DNA of 64,000 nucleotides from the NCBI RefSeq assembly GCF_001194135.2, contig NC_068994.1, positions 41,230,814-41,294,813 of the forward strand, read 5' to 3'. Source of the DNA: Octopus bimaculoides. Its lineage: Eukaryota. The notes under the pieces are model-generated. The model searched no databases, was not told the DNA's origin, and saw only the letters and a list, made by a program, of their open reading frames with translations. Shown here piece by piece: positions 23,034-35,610 of the stretch. Numbering within the stretch: position 1 is the first letter of the stretch; each line of letters begins with the position of its first letter. The position numbers and the translations under genes are program-made.

Positions 23034-23199
23034 CTGTAAGACTTCAGATTCACCTTATCCTAATTAAATATTCTAAATAACTTGAGAACCTTCCTGCCTT
23101 GGTTTTTGTTGTCCGTTCTCTTCAGCGGGAAGAAGGCTGAACGAAAGGGAAATAATTATGGTGACCTGTCTGAACGAATTTATTCTTGTGAGCGCGTGC

Positions 23200-23233
<34 letters not shown>

Positions 23234-23399
23234 ATGTACATATGGACGTGTGTATATGTGTGAATATGTGTATTAACGTGTGTATATGTGTGAAGCTAAC
23301 GTGTGTGTGTGTGTATGTGTGCATGCATGTGCAAATACTGTTGTACAGCCTAAAATTTTAGGTCCAGTAACTCTTGCACAGCACCTGACACCCTCTCCA

Positions 23400-23630
23400 G
23401 CCTACTGACATGATCCAGAGACAAATCAAGGCAAGATGTCCAGTGCCAAAGTGGGTCACAAGCTTAGGAAAATGAGAGCGCCACGATATCAAGCACAAGC
23501 AAAAGACCCCCAAAATTTTCAATGCCATTCCCTGCATATCTGGTTTTATATTAGAATGATCTTTTCTTCGAAACACGCTTCAAGAAAAGATAAGGGGTCC
23601 TCACTCCAAGTGGTCTTTCACCTCCCTGGA

Positions 23631-23635
<5 letters not shown>
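23400..23635 (+). mobile_element. Decayed CR1/L2-like LINE 3' fragment
   Basis: Frameshifted RCPVPK...PKIFNAIP/LHI...FKK resembles the C-terminal GPxLFNxLPxxIR...FKxxLD signature. Confidence 0.45.
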
Positions 23636-23670
<35 letters not shown>

Positions 23671-24080
23671 ATAATATTAGGGAATAAAAAATTTATTCCA
23701 ACCTTACTGGCAAAAATCGGGAGATAGTCAAAATGGGAAATAGTTTGCAAGGCTAAATCATATAGAATAGGGAATAAAATTTGCTTATTATGTACTAACG
23801 AATTTAAAGAGATATTATTAACTAATAAAAATTTATTTAACTCCCACGATGAACGTAATATTAAATGCAATCATAAATTAAATTACTTATAAAATTAGTT
23901 TAGATAACTAATTTATTTAAACCTAGTATTAGGTACCAACATATGGTTATGATCAGTATCGTAAAATACATCAAATTAGCTTTTGAATACACTTTAATCA
24001 TCACAATATTATACAAAATTGGAACATATAACTACCTTTACTTTAAGTATTCAACGATAATATGAGCAGTCTTTTACAAT

Positions 24081-24535
24081 GCTTCATAACATTATTTAAG
24101 TAATATATAACTTTTGTATTTGGTATAGTTATTATTCTGCGTTAATCTGAGAGTTTTAAGTATTTTATTATTATTAATCTTCATTAAACTTTTTATTTTA
24201 GGTAGATTTTCGTTTTCGATATTTTCATTATTGTTTTAGCAATTATAACACGTACTTACCTCTGGTAATGGACGCCATGTTTATCACGTGACTTTTCAGT
24301 ATTAATTTTCATAGCATTATTTACGTAATATAGAATTTTCGTATGGGTATAGTTATTACTCTGCGTTAATTTGCAAGTTTAGTATTTTAATATTTTTAAT
24401 CCCAAGAAACGTTTTATTTTAGGTAGATTTTCTTTTTCGATATTTTCGTTATTATTTTAGTAATTATAATACGCAGGTACTTCTGGGTAATAGACGCCAT
24501 ATCACGTGACCTTTTAGTATAAATTCTATAGCACA
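24081..24535. repeat. ~227-bp two-copy diverged tandem duplication covering the candidate promoter/first exon
   Basis: Paired motifs include ggtatagttatta(t/c)tctgcgttaat (about 24122 and 24347), ttttattttaggtagattttc (about 24191 and 24412), and gacgccat...atcacgtgac (24271 and 24493). Confidence 0.9.
24260..24278 (-). CDS. Candidate first coding exon (MASITR + 1 nt, phase-1 intron), product unknown
   Basis: Minus strand reads aaac ATG GCG TCC ATT ACC AGA G | GTAAGT. Strong start context, consensus donor, inside a CpG-retaining island. Downstream exons are not established. Confidence 0.5.
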
Positions 24536-24575
24536 GCCATTTTGTTTTAACTCTACAGTCACCAGCCGGCAGATA
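24260..24575. promoter_or_regulatory. Housekeeping-type core promoter candidate, possibly bidirectional
   Basis: Two TCACGTGAC E-boxes (about 24284 and 24503). YY1-like CGCCATGTT (24273-24281) and GCCATTTTG (about 24536). More than 20 CpGs are retained over 23.7-24.75 kb despite very low GC. Confidence 0.55.
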
Positions 24576-25406
24576 AGTCATATTTTCTTATTTTGATTTT
24601 ATAAACAATATTGACATCCGTCTTTTAGTAACTTTGTACACTAACACATTTTCTTTACTATTATCTACTTATTCCATAATGTTTTAACCTTGTTTACTAT
24701 AATACTATAATATTTTTAGATTGTAACTCTTAATAATTATATTAATACCGTTAATGTAGGGATTAGTTAACAGATTTTTGTCTCTTTATATATATTTTTA
24801 TTTCTCATGTTTATGTTTATTCTCTGAATGATTTTAGACATTTTCTTAGGGATTTGACCTGAAGATTTTGGGAGTAAAATCATTTCCCCGTTCTAATGAA
24901 CTCGGATAAAATTTGCTTATGATTTTATATAGTCCTATATAGGACACTACTAACCTTACCAATACTCCCACTAATCTCCATACATCCCATACACCATTCA
25001 TCTTCCAGTATTTATATATACCTTAATTGCATCACTTCCAGAACTGCTTACCTCCCTTGCATGTAATCTTTTCACTTGGGCACTATTAGACTCAACACCA
25101 TTTGGAAATTGGTGTTCTTTCAAAGTCAGTGATCAGCTCTGATGATACCAGTATGACTTTGAATCTCTATAATGATTCATAATAATGTTTTTTATACTTC
25201 ATAATTCCACCTCAAATATTTAATTGTATGTATACATCTTGGCTTTTCTTAGAAAAGGCTTTATTTTTTTTATGTCTAATGTGCATTTCCTTTGCTTTCT
25301 TTTTACTTTTCCCTTATTTATACCATGTGTAGTCTTTTTTTCTTTGAAACCAATTTCTATTGCACACACACACACACACATATATATTATATATATTTTT
25401 TATTTA

Positions 25407-25788
25407 GGCCCGGGCATGGCTGTGTGGTAAGTAGTCTGCTTACCAACCACATGGTTCCGGTTTCAGTCCCACTGCATGGCACCTTGGGCAGGTGTTTTCT
25501 ACTATAGCCTCAGGCCAACCAAAGCCTTGTGAGTGTATTTGGTAGATGGAAACTGAAGGAAGCCCGTCATATATATATATATATGTATGTGTCTGTGTTT
25601 GTCCCCTACCATCGTTTGGCAGCTGATGCTGGTGTGTTTACATCCCCATAACTTAGCGGTTCGGTAAAGAGACCGATAGAATAAGCACTGGGCTTACAAG
25701 AAATAAGTTCTGGGGTTGATTTGTTCAACTAAAGGTGGTGCTCCAGCATGGCCACAGTGAAATGAATGAAATAAATAAAAGAAAGAAT
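25407..25788 (+). mobile_element. Full-length tRNA-headed SINE family B
   Basis: A-box-like tggctgtgtgg, B-box-like ggtttcagtccc, an internal TA/TG tract, and an A-rich tail after ctccagcatggccacag. Confidence 0.9.
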
Positions 25789-26282
25789 ATGAGGGGATTC
25801 TATGCAGTTCTTGCAGGATATTGGTCTGTCCAGAGCGATAGTTAATTAGATTTATTCAAGATACCCAAAATTAGATGCTTGCAAAGTGTGCTTTTTAACC
25901 ACACAACTACGTATGTTTATTGTTTTTGTTACTCTCGTTGATGCAGCTGGGCTCAGATCAAATTAGATAATCTGTGATGCAATTGATTGTAGTTTGAATA
26001 AATTTTTTAGTTAGCTTTTGAAGTTTGAGGAAAAATTTATGTTGAAATGACTTTTGGAGCTACAATCTATTATTTTTCTTTTTTGTGATGTGTTGCTCCT
26101 GCCAGATTTTCCTTGTGCGTGCTTTGATAATAAATAGCTGTCCTATTTTTTATTTTGATATTCTGAATTTTCTTCTTTTAACTAGCGACCATACTACGTT
26201 GTTTTTTTTATATTTTTCTGTTCTGATACAAGCCTAAACAATTCCAAAACAATCACAATATATTTTTCTCCTCGTGTCTTAA

Positions 26283-26498
26283 TTTAAGCTGGTCATATCC
26301 AGCTCGAATGTTCTACCTGTATTTTGTTCAAACCAGCCAGATCTGGCCTTTCATATCTACCTTACAACGTCCATTCTAAAAACTAAGCAACCTCACCATT
26401 AAAATCTTAAAGCAACAAGATGATGCATGATTAATTCACAAAAATGTGAATGAATAAGTATTACATTTGATAGGGTAATCTGAATATTAAAGGGTTAG
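26283..26498 (-). mobile_element. TTAA-type MITE copy with one end eroded (same family as 62179-62398)
   Basis: Reverse-complement similarity to 62179-62398 (aaccagccagatctggcc, atgcatgattaattc, aatctgaatattaaaggg). Confidence 0.7.
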
Positions 26499-27531
26499 GG
26501 TTCTAAATAGTTCAAAGGTATGATTGTACAGCCTAACATACAATCTAAACTAAACAAGTCTTCCATAGACTTACCCTTTCTTTTATATGGTGTGTCTATT
26601 CCAGCTTTTAAGATAAGATAGTAGAATTTGTTGGAGATTTGGTTGCTAATTCTAGCATGGTGAACCACTATACAGAGGCTCTGTCACTTCTTTTGGACTG
26701 CATGCATATATTTCTGTTTTGAGTGCTTGAGTATGTGCTTGTATGTGTGCATGCATGTGTATGCACTTATGAATATATGTCTGTATGTGTGTATGTTTTG
26801 TGAGTGTGTGTGCATGTGCATGCATGTGTGTGTATGCATAGCAATCCACGTATGTCTGTTTGTAGTTCTGATCAAAAAAGCTAATACTGAATGTGTTTGA
26901 TCACTTGCCTCTTATTAGTGTTTGAAAGAAAGCATTTCCCATTTTGAAAGAAATCAATCCCTTCATCCTAAATTAATCTTCTTTGAAATTCAACCCACCT
27001 CAGTGCATAAACAAAAGTCATACTGTTAGTTGATCAAAAATTTACTAATATATACTCTCATCTTCTTATAGAACACATATCTGTAAATGTGCAAATCAAG
27101 AGGAAAACATTTCCATGTTAAAATAATAAAGATTGAAGAAATCACTACCAATATTTTATAACCTAACTAGCTTCAATTTTAAAAGAGGAAACTCCCAGTA
27201 AAATTAAGTCTTTTATATATCTTTGAATTCCTCTTGGAGAATTTTAGAAGTCAGCCTCCATGTGTTATAACAGATAGACTTGCTGACATTGGAACCAGCT
27301 GGAAATATAGGCCATTTATGATCACCATGATTGTTGAATAAAATATCCACAGGCAAAGGAATCTGACACATAACTTTGAAACCTAAGACGTCAATAGATC
27401 AGAGACAAATATTAACATACTCATTTTATTGTATTCTCCTACAATAAAAAGTATCTATCAAATGCAAACGAAACATAGATGTTAATAATTGTGTTTGGTT
27501 GTGTGTGTGTGTTTGTGTGTGTGCATGTATA

Positions 27532-27581
27532 TTGTCCAACTCATGTTAGCATGGAAAGTGGACGTTAAACAATGATGATGA
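27532..27581 (+). mobile_element. Family D 3' stub, slightly decayed, next to (TA)n
   Basis: gtccaactcatgttagcatggaaagtggacgttaaacaatgatgatg followed by (TA)n. Confidence 0.8.
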
Positions 27582-27603
27582 TATATATATATATATATAT
27601 ATA

Positions 27604-28004
27604 TTCTCTCTTTTTACTCTTTTTACTTGTTTCAGTCATTTGACTGTGGCCATGCTGGAGCACCACCTTTAGTCGAGCAAATCGACCCCAGGACATATTC
27701 TTTGTAAGCCTAGTACTTATTCTATCAGTTTCTTTTGCTGAACCTGTAAGTTACAGGGACGTAAACATACCAGCATCGGTTATCAAGTGATGTTGGGGGG
27801 GACAAACACACACACACACATATATATACACATACATATATACGACGGGCCTCTTTCAGTTTCTGTCTACCAAATCCACTCACAAGGCTTTGGTTAGCTC
27901 AAGGCTATAGTAGAAGACACTTGCCCAAGGTGCCATGCAGTGGAACTGAACCTGGAACTATGTGGTTGGTAAGCAAGCTTCTTACCACACAGCTACTCCT
28001 GCAC
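27604..28004 (-). mobile_element. Full-length SINE family B
   Basis: Collinear with the reverse complement of 25407-25788 along its whole length. Confidence 0.9.
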
Positions 28005-28570
28005 ATATATATGCACACACACATGCATAAATATAAACAGATACATAAATAGATATCGATGCCTATGTATACTTGCTTATGTGTGTGTGTGTGTATATAC
28101 CCCTATATATATATCATATATTACATACTATATAATATATATGCTATATAGTATATAATGTATGTATCATATGTAATATATATTTGATATACACACATAC
28201 ATTTATGAGTGCTTGTATGTGTGTTTAAACAGATGGATGGATGCATGCATATGCACACGTGCATGTACATGCACACACACATACACTCACACACACACAC
28301 ATACAAACTCACTCAGGAATATATTCATTCATACATTGATTTTTGTATAAAGAACATTACTAGCTTTATAAAATTCCTTGAATTTAATAATTAAAGTTAT
28401 TTGTTCTATGTTACATCAAAGAAACTCACAAGTCTCCAAATTGATAGGGAGTTGTGCAAGTGCCTGAGCATGCTTGCACACACACACAAACACACACACA
28501 CACTGCACTCAAACATCATTGTTTCTATCTCCAAATAGTGTTACACTCTAGAGCCCAATATCTGCGATGG

Positions 28571-28787
28571 GAACATATCAAGCAATTAATATGAAAATAT
28601 TGGTATTTTTTTTTTCTGTGAATTTCGTTCTTTTGGCATAAACTTGCACCCATATGAAGCATGAAGATAATGGTATAGGAACATTTCAAACAGTTAATAT
28701 TGAAAATATTGGAATTTTTGGACTAAGTTTTTGCCTTGTGGTTTTAACTTGCACCCATATAAAGTACAATATTATTATAACATTTCC
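28571..28787. repeat. Old ~108-bp two-copy tandem duplication
   Basis: gaacat.tcaa...ttaatat(t)gaaaatattgg at 28571 and 28679. aacttgcacccatat occurs in both units. Confidence 0.7.
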
Positions 28788-30089
28788 ATTCTTATACTCT
28801 CATATTACATTGTATCTCACTATATCTTATATTACACCTCCTGTATACAATACTAACATATATATATTATACTGCATTAAATTTAAAAAAAAAAAAAAAT
28901 ATAGAAAACAATTTTGATAGCTAAGGCAGTTACGCCTCAATATTTCATCTAGTTTTATTCCAAAAACTTATACACAAACCAAAAATAAATATATTGTTAA
29001 ATAAAAATAAAAGTTGAAGAATATAAAAAAAGCAACATATATATTTTTAATGTTTCATTTAGATCTAGAAGCAGACAGCAACAAAAGAGCTGATACTTTC
29101 TATGAAGATGGTGTGGGGAAAATTTGTTCATATAATATTTGCTTAATTATTCACACTTATTATAGATTTTAATCTATAATTGAATGTCTTTTAGGTCTAT
29201 CTGAGAAGTTTAATCATATTGAACCCCATCAGAAAACATACTTACTACTTACCACTACTTTCGCAACCAACCTCAGCCAACGCCAGCACCAACACCGCTA
29301 CCACCAACACAACAACAACATATATTTTTAATTATTACTCTTTTCTGTAAATTAGCTTTGAACGTTTGATGCCTTTTAATTAACAAATCTCCTCTGTAGA
29401 ATATTTTATGTTTAAACAATTTCACTCTTCCTTCCACCCCTTTCTTTCTCTTCATCTGTTTCTGTGTTCTTATAGATTTTTAAATTTCGCTTTGGCCACT
29501 AATTGGGTGGGTGGTGTGTAGTCAATTTAATTTCCCCTAATACAAAGCTGGTATTTATTTGGTTTAATCAAACTCTGAGTCATAAAAGATATAATCAACT
29601 AGAGTAGGATATGAACTTGGAACATTAAAAACAATAAGTAAATGCTATACTGTATCTAGTTCAACACAATAGCATTTTGGTCACTTCTGTACCAAATTTT
29701 TCTCTCTTTATCAACTGAAGAATATTCAATCTAATAAGGAAGCTTTTACTTAGTTTCTTGGATTGCTAGAAATATATTACTTCAAGCTGTTGGGATTGTG
29801 TGGTTAAGAAGTTCACTTGCCTAGCATTTAGCCTTGGGTTTAGTCTCATTGCACCACACCTTGAAAAGTGTCTTATACTAGACACCAATGCTGTTGTGAG
29901 CAAACTTAATAGAAAAATATATATGCATGCACACATATATCTATACACATTATTTAAACATATGTATCTATATTTATATAAATAGATAGATAAAAAAAAA
30001 ATGGATATGTGTATGCTAGAAGGTCTGCAAATCTAACAGTGGCTTCAAAAGACATTTTAAGATCCTCAAAGATCAGAAGATCAGTCCTT

Positions 30090-30332
30090 AGACTGATAGG
30101 GCCAGTTACCTTGTTCTCATGGTATATAAGTGAGTGTAACCCCCACCCCCATATTACCCCTGGACGTGACACCAGTCCATCACAGGGCTACTCATTTACA
30201 GTTGAGTGAACTGGAACAATGGAAAATGAAGTGTTTTGCTCAAGGATACAATGCAACATCAGGGCAGGAAATTGAAACTACGATCTTGTGATTACGAGAG
30301 CATCCTTCTAACCACTAGGCCATGCACTTGCA
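30090..30332 (-). mobile_element. SINE family C
   Basis: Collinear with 8265-8532 (gaactggaacaatg...gtgttttgctca...taaccactaggccatgcac). Confidence 0.8.
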
Positions 30333-30589
30333 TTTTCTCCAAGATCATACCTAATTCTTGACCCTAGGAAAAGGAGATTCTTGATATCTTTTTCAAACCA
30401 CGAGTAATAATGACAAATTACACACCTTATAAATAGTGTTCAGAGTTTGATGCTTAAACTTATGGATGTTCTGTTTCATTAAGTTAAATATTTCAGTTAT
30501 GTTTCCAATGTGATTCCATAGTTAAATGTGTATTATTCAAACACATATGACAAGCAGAAATATATTATGGATATATTTGTTAATGATAT

Positions 30590-30740
30590 CATGGAGAATG
30601 GTGGTAGCGGTGGTGGTGATGACAGCAATGATGACGACAATGATGGTAATAACAATGACAATGATGAAGATGAAGAGGATTATGAAGATTGTAGTCTTGG
30701 TGGTGGTAGTGGTGGTGATGATGATGGTGGTGATCATGAC
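30590..30740. repeat. (GGT/GAT)n compound array
   Basis: Degenerate triplet tract that explains the four overlapping low-complexity ORFs here. Confidence 0.75.
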
Positions 30741-31510
30741 ACCTGCTTTCTACCACAGAATTTTTGAAATGGAATTTTAATTTTTCACATTCAAAGTACT
30801 TTCCATTTTGCAATAGCTACACTGGCAGCATCAGCAGACACAGCAAGCCACAGAAATAGCAACAGCAGCAGCAGAAAAAAGATCTCTTTTGTGACATCAG
30901 CAGCAACTATCAGTATAACCATTGTAGTTTTTAGTTTATAAAATTATTTTGATATCATTGAATTTTATTTATTTTTTTCATTGAATATTATAAAGATAGC
31001 TTAAAGAGAAAGAAGAAAGTGATATCTAAAATATATAATTTTCTCAGCTGGAAACAATAATTTATTTAGAAAATATAGTGAGTGGGAGAAAAAGATTTAT
31101 CAAATTTCTATTCATTTTCTTTACATTATTGCAGTGATAACTTATTAAATAAGGAATCTTAATAAAAAGTCCAAAATATGTAAAAGTATTATTTAAAATT
31201 TTTAGTCACTTTGCTTTTTCAATATGATTTAAATTTTCTGTTATACACATGAAAAATACTTTTTTAAAAATTCCATTTGTTTTGCATACATTTAGATTTT
31301 TTTGGCTTAGATAAAATGTTTTATTATATCGAAGAAAACAAAGAAAAGAATACAGGTAAAATAAAAAGACATAAATCATCAAGAATTTTATGAATATGTT
31401 TCTGGACTTATAAGATGAAATGATAATGAATGCACTCCTGTTAGAATGGTGAGTGTTTTCTTTGACATCATTGAATGTTAAAGAAAGGAAAGCAGTCTCT
31501 ATTAAATTCC

Positions 31511-31542
<32 letters not shown>

Positions 31543-31613
31543 ATATACTTACACACACACACACACACACACATGCATATATATGCACACATAAATGTGT
31601 ACATATATGTGTG

Positions 31614-31654
<41 letters not shown>

Positions 31655-32090
31655 TCGTTTATTCTTTTACTTGTTTCAGTCATTTGATTGTGGCCATGCT
31701 GGAGCACCACCTGAAAAGGTATTAGTCGAAGAAATTGACCCCAAGACTTCTTAGTAAAACTAGTACTTATTCTATCAGTTTCGTTTGCCAAACCACTAAA
31801 TTATGAGACATAAACACACCAGCATCAGTGCTCAAGCGATGGTAGGAGACAAACACACATACACACAAATACATATATACATGCATATATATTTATATCT
31901 ACGTATATACATATATACACACACACATATATATATGACAGGCTCCTTCTAGTGTCCGTCTATCAAATTCACTCACAGAACATTGGTTGGGCCATGGCTA
32001 TAGTAGAAGATATTTGCCCAAGGTTCCATACAATGGAGGACCATGTGGATGTGAAGGAAATTTCTTAACCACACAGCCATGCTTGCACCT
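31655..32090 (-). mobile_element. SINE family B, near full length
   Basis: From tail ttacttgtttcagtcatttga to head ttaaccacacagccatgcttgcacc. Confidence 0.85.
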
Positions 32091-32454
32091 ATATATATAT
32101 AGCATTTACGATCGTTTCAATTTACTGGTTTAAGTAAATCTCTTCAGAATGAGAATATAGATAGATGCATCGGTTAGGATGCGAAAATAATTGATACATA
32201 TGTGATGGTATTGAAAACAAAAGTGGTAATTTTTACTTAAAATTTTGTTCTTGCGCTGGTAAATTCGCTGGGTAGAGGTTTGCTTGTGGTAGATTGGTTA
32301 GTTTTGTTGGGTAATTAGGGCGGGGTGAGTATTATTTAGGTGTGGGTTTCCTAGTTTAATTAAGCACATTTTTTCGCTTGTGTGTATTCCATTTTAAATC
32401 TGATCATAAAATATAAAATGCAAGCACACTGACATTACACATCCAACGGAGCAT

Positions 32455-32720
32455 ACTAGCTTCATTTCTTTCAAGCTTATGCATGTCTTCAGTAGCCACA
32501 GGCCATGTTTCCCAACTGTGTAGCATGGCTGTTTGCACACAGGCATCATACAGTCTACCTTTCACACTGAGTGAGAGACTCTTTTTTACCAGCAGAGGTT
32601 GGAGCTCTCTGAACTTTGTCTAGCCTATTCTTATTCTAGCTCCCAGAGCATCCACCCCCGCTACTGACTTGGTCACCTAGGTATTGGAATCTATCAACTA
32701 CTTCTAATTTTTCCTCCTGG
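32455..32720 (-). mobile_element. RTE-like LINE reverse-transcriptase fragment
   Basis: Frameshift-corrected reading KLEVVD.FQYLGDQVSSGGGC...KFRELQPLL...KGRLYDACVQTAMLH..ETW. Same family as about 38150-38460. Confidence 0.75.
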
Positions 32721-33169
32721 TATGTGACGAAATCTCACACACACATATATACACACACACACACACATATAACTGAAGGATAAAAATTAATCAAAGGACA
32801 TACTTAGTATGTCATTTGATTCATTTTAATCCTTAAGCTATTTAATGCTTTTTTGGGGACCTGCAATCACCTATATTATTGAATCTGTTATTATCAGTTT
32901 TAAATTGTTACACTCAATAATAATAGAGTCAATGATATCTTCGCAAATTTTTTTTTGTGAATTATATAAATATATATATTTATGTGTGTGTGTACATATA
33001 TATATGTATATACACACACACACACAAGGCATTAGGTAGTCAGAAGCTATAGGAGAAGACACTTGCCCAAGATGCTGTGCAGTGAGATTAAAGCTGAAAC
33101 CATAGGGCCACGAAATAAGCTTCTTAACTACATGGCCATGCCTGCACTAATAAAGGAATATATCAATGC

Positions 33170-33770
33170 TGGAATTGTCTTTGCCTTGATCCCTTGATTC
33201 TTCCTATTTAGTGTTGCTTGTAATATCTTTCTAGCTTGTTCTTGTATCCTTTATCATTCATTTCCTCTTGTTCTCACCGTCCAGATAATCATCCATATCA
33301 CCCCGCACCAGATCCAGTGATCATATTACTTTGCTATCTGGTAAAATGATTCTATCATACTTTAACATTTTCCCATCTATCTCTTTCTTACAAGCGCCGT
33401 ATATTTGTCAATACCAAGCTGTATCCTGGTATTTCTGCTGAAAATTTTAACTGATTGCATCAAAGAATCCAACTCTTACTCAGTTTTGAAGTGAAGTTTG
33501 AGGTCATCCATGAATATTACATGGTTAATTCTTTCATTAATTTTCGTTAGAAGTTGCCTATATTTGCACTTTTGCAATATATACAATAACACAGGGAAAT
33601 CAAAGTGATTACAAATAGAACTGATTGGGAGGATAATGAATCTCCTTGGAAAAATAATTCTTTTAATCTCCATTTCACCCAACAACACTTGACAATATGT
33701 CAATTCAACTCATTATGACCTCATAACTTGTCTTGCTTCACTGAAGTGTTGTATTCCCTCGGGAATGGTG
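33170..33770 (-). mobile_element. R4/Dong-like reverse-transcriptase fragment
   Basis: ORF 33476-33703 contains INHVIFMDDLKL (the catalytic MDDLKL motif typical of RLE clades). Downstream it reads LDSLMQSVKIFS...LGIDK and N....KAKTIP. Confidence 0.75.
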
Positions 33771-34639
33771 AGATTACTAGAATAGAGGAATGAAAAAAAT
33801 AGAAGGATGATACATGTTTTTCATCTGACAATCAATCTTATGTTCGTATTATTATTCACCTCCTGCACAGGCATGGTGTGTGTGGATACTGTGCTCACTT
33901 CCCAGCCATGGTGCAAGTGATTGCTGTTGCAGACTTGAGTAGACCGATGCTTTACAAATAAAAGTGGTAGGCAGAAACTGTGTGGAATCCCATTTCATAT
34001 GGATATATATGTATATATATAATACAAATAATATATGAGTATATGCATATATACGTACATGTATGTACATACCTACATCTACATGTATATATAGATGCAT
34101 ATCTGGGTACAGGACGTTGCAAAAAGATGTGGACAAAATAATAAACAGAGTACAGAAAACACACAGGCCACATAGAGAACATTTCCTTCATATATATATA
34201 TATATATATATTTGAAGAAATGAGTAGAGATGGTTTTTGGGGATAATTTTTATTGTAACAATAATGTTTCCAGTCAGTGACTCTGGTATGAGTTTCAAGC
34301 ATGAAATAGCCATTTTCAAACTGAAGAATGTGTGTGTGTGTGTGTAACATATATACATACAAGAGTTAAGGAATGGAGTAGATAATATGTTTTGTTGCAG
34401 GCGAAACCTTGGAACTGGTAAATATCCAAGTGAAGTGTATACCACAGGTTATTCTTCAGGCCAAGGATATCTTGATTAAATGAAAGTTTACATTGTCACA
34501 AGTAGGTGCATGTTAACACATGGAAGATTCAATCAGAATATATATATGTATATATATGAGAAATTCAAGATGTCTTAAGTCACTTGTTAATGCTGTGAAA
34601 ATTACACCAGCTATTTTCTTTATATTTTGACACATAATT

Positions 34640-34985
34640 ATTGTTGTTATTATTATTATTATAATTATTCTTTCTTTTCCTGAGTTATCTATGTCATGTC
34701 TTACCTTTTTTCTGTAGCTTTGAGACACAAGACTTCCCTCAATACATGTGCAGTTCTGAGTATTACTGCTCACTGTGTATTCCCTATGAGGTTTTGTATA
34801 TTCAGCTTTACATGCCAGAACATTGCTTTCTTTGAGATGGTCCCAAGTGCACTCACCCTGAGAGGCATCATATTCACTTTGGGGGCGTTATAGATGTGTT
34901 TCACTTCTAACACTAAGTCTTGGTACTTTCCAGCTTTCTCATTCTCTGTCTTCACAATATTCTAGTCTCCTTGTATAGCAATATC
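34640..34985 (-). mobile_element. R4/Dong-like 3' fragment (RLE C-terminus) ending in (TAA)n
   Basis: ORF 34770-34955 reads EKAGKYQDLVLEVK......MPLRVSALGTISK, then AVILRTAHVLR. The 3' end abuts ttattattattatt at about 34648-34662. Confidence 0.8.
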
Positions 34986-34997
34986 AACTAAGATTCA

Positions 34998-35610
34998 TAG
35001 CAGTATTTCACCTGCCACTACGTTCTGAGGTCGACTTTGCCTTTCATCCTTTCAGGGTCAATAAATTAAATACCAGTGAAACACTGGAGTTGATGTAATC
35101 AACTAGTCCCCTATTTCAGGCATTGTACATTTAGTAGAAAGGATTATTATTATTATTATTATTTGCTAGGGTTGTTAGCATGCCAGGCAAAATGCTTAGT
35201 GGTATATCATCTGTCTTCATGTGCTGGGTTAAAAAACCCCTGGGGTCGACTTTGGTATTGAGCAGATTATATTTGCTGTAGCTCATCTTTTATACCAAGA
35301 CAAAACAATGTACATGATAACACTTCCAATCAGTTAAGATCAGAAGCCATGAAAGCCACAGCCTGGTACTGCATCAGGGCATTATCATCATCATCATTAC
35401 TTTTACTACTACTACTAAGTTGGCAAGCTGGTAGAATTGTTAGAATTTTGGCTTTATATACTGAGTTCATATCCTGCTGTAGTCGACTCTACTTAGCATT
35501 CTTTTGGGGTCAATAAAACAAGTATCAGTTGAGCACTAGGGTTGATGTAATCGACGTGCCCCTTTCCCTATAATGTCAAGCCTCATGCCAATATTTGAAA
35601 CCATTATTAT
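34998..35610 (+). mobile_element. Cluster of three partial SINE family A copies
   Basis: Family motifs at about 34998-35145, 35160-35258 and 35415-35610, separated by ATT/CAT/ACT triplet tracts. Confidence 0.7.

Noticed and set aside
24260-24278. Assignment of the first exon to LEPROT/Vps55 or a claudin-like gene
   Set aside because: The start and intron phase are superficially similar, but I found no downstream exon with the expected sequence.
25407-25480. tRNA gene
   Set aside because: A- and B-box-like motifs are present, but they are SINE heads that continue into multi-copy bodies. I could not fold a full cloverleaf.
27215-27390. 56-codon open frame on the minus strand after a plausible acceptor
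   Set aside because: No good donor, no recognisable homology, and it lies upstream of the candidate start. Treated as a chance open frame.
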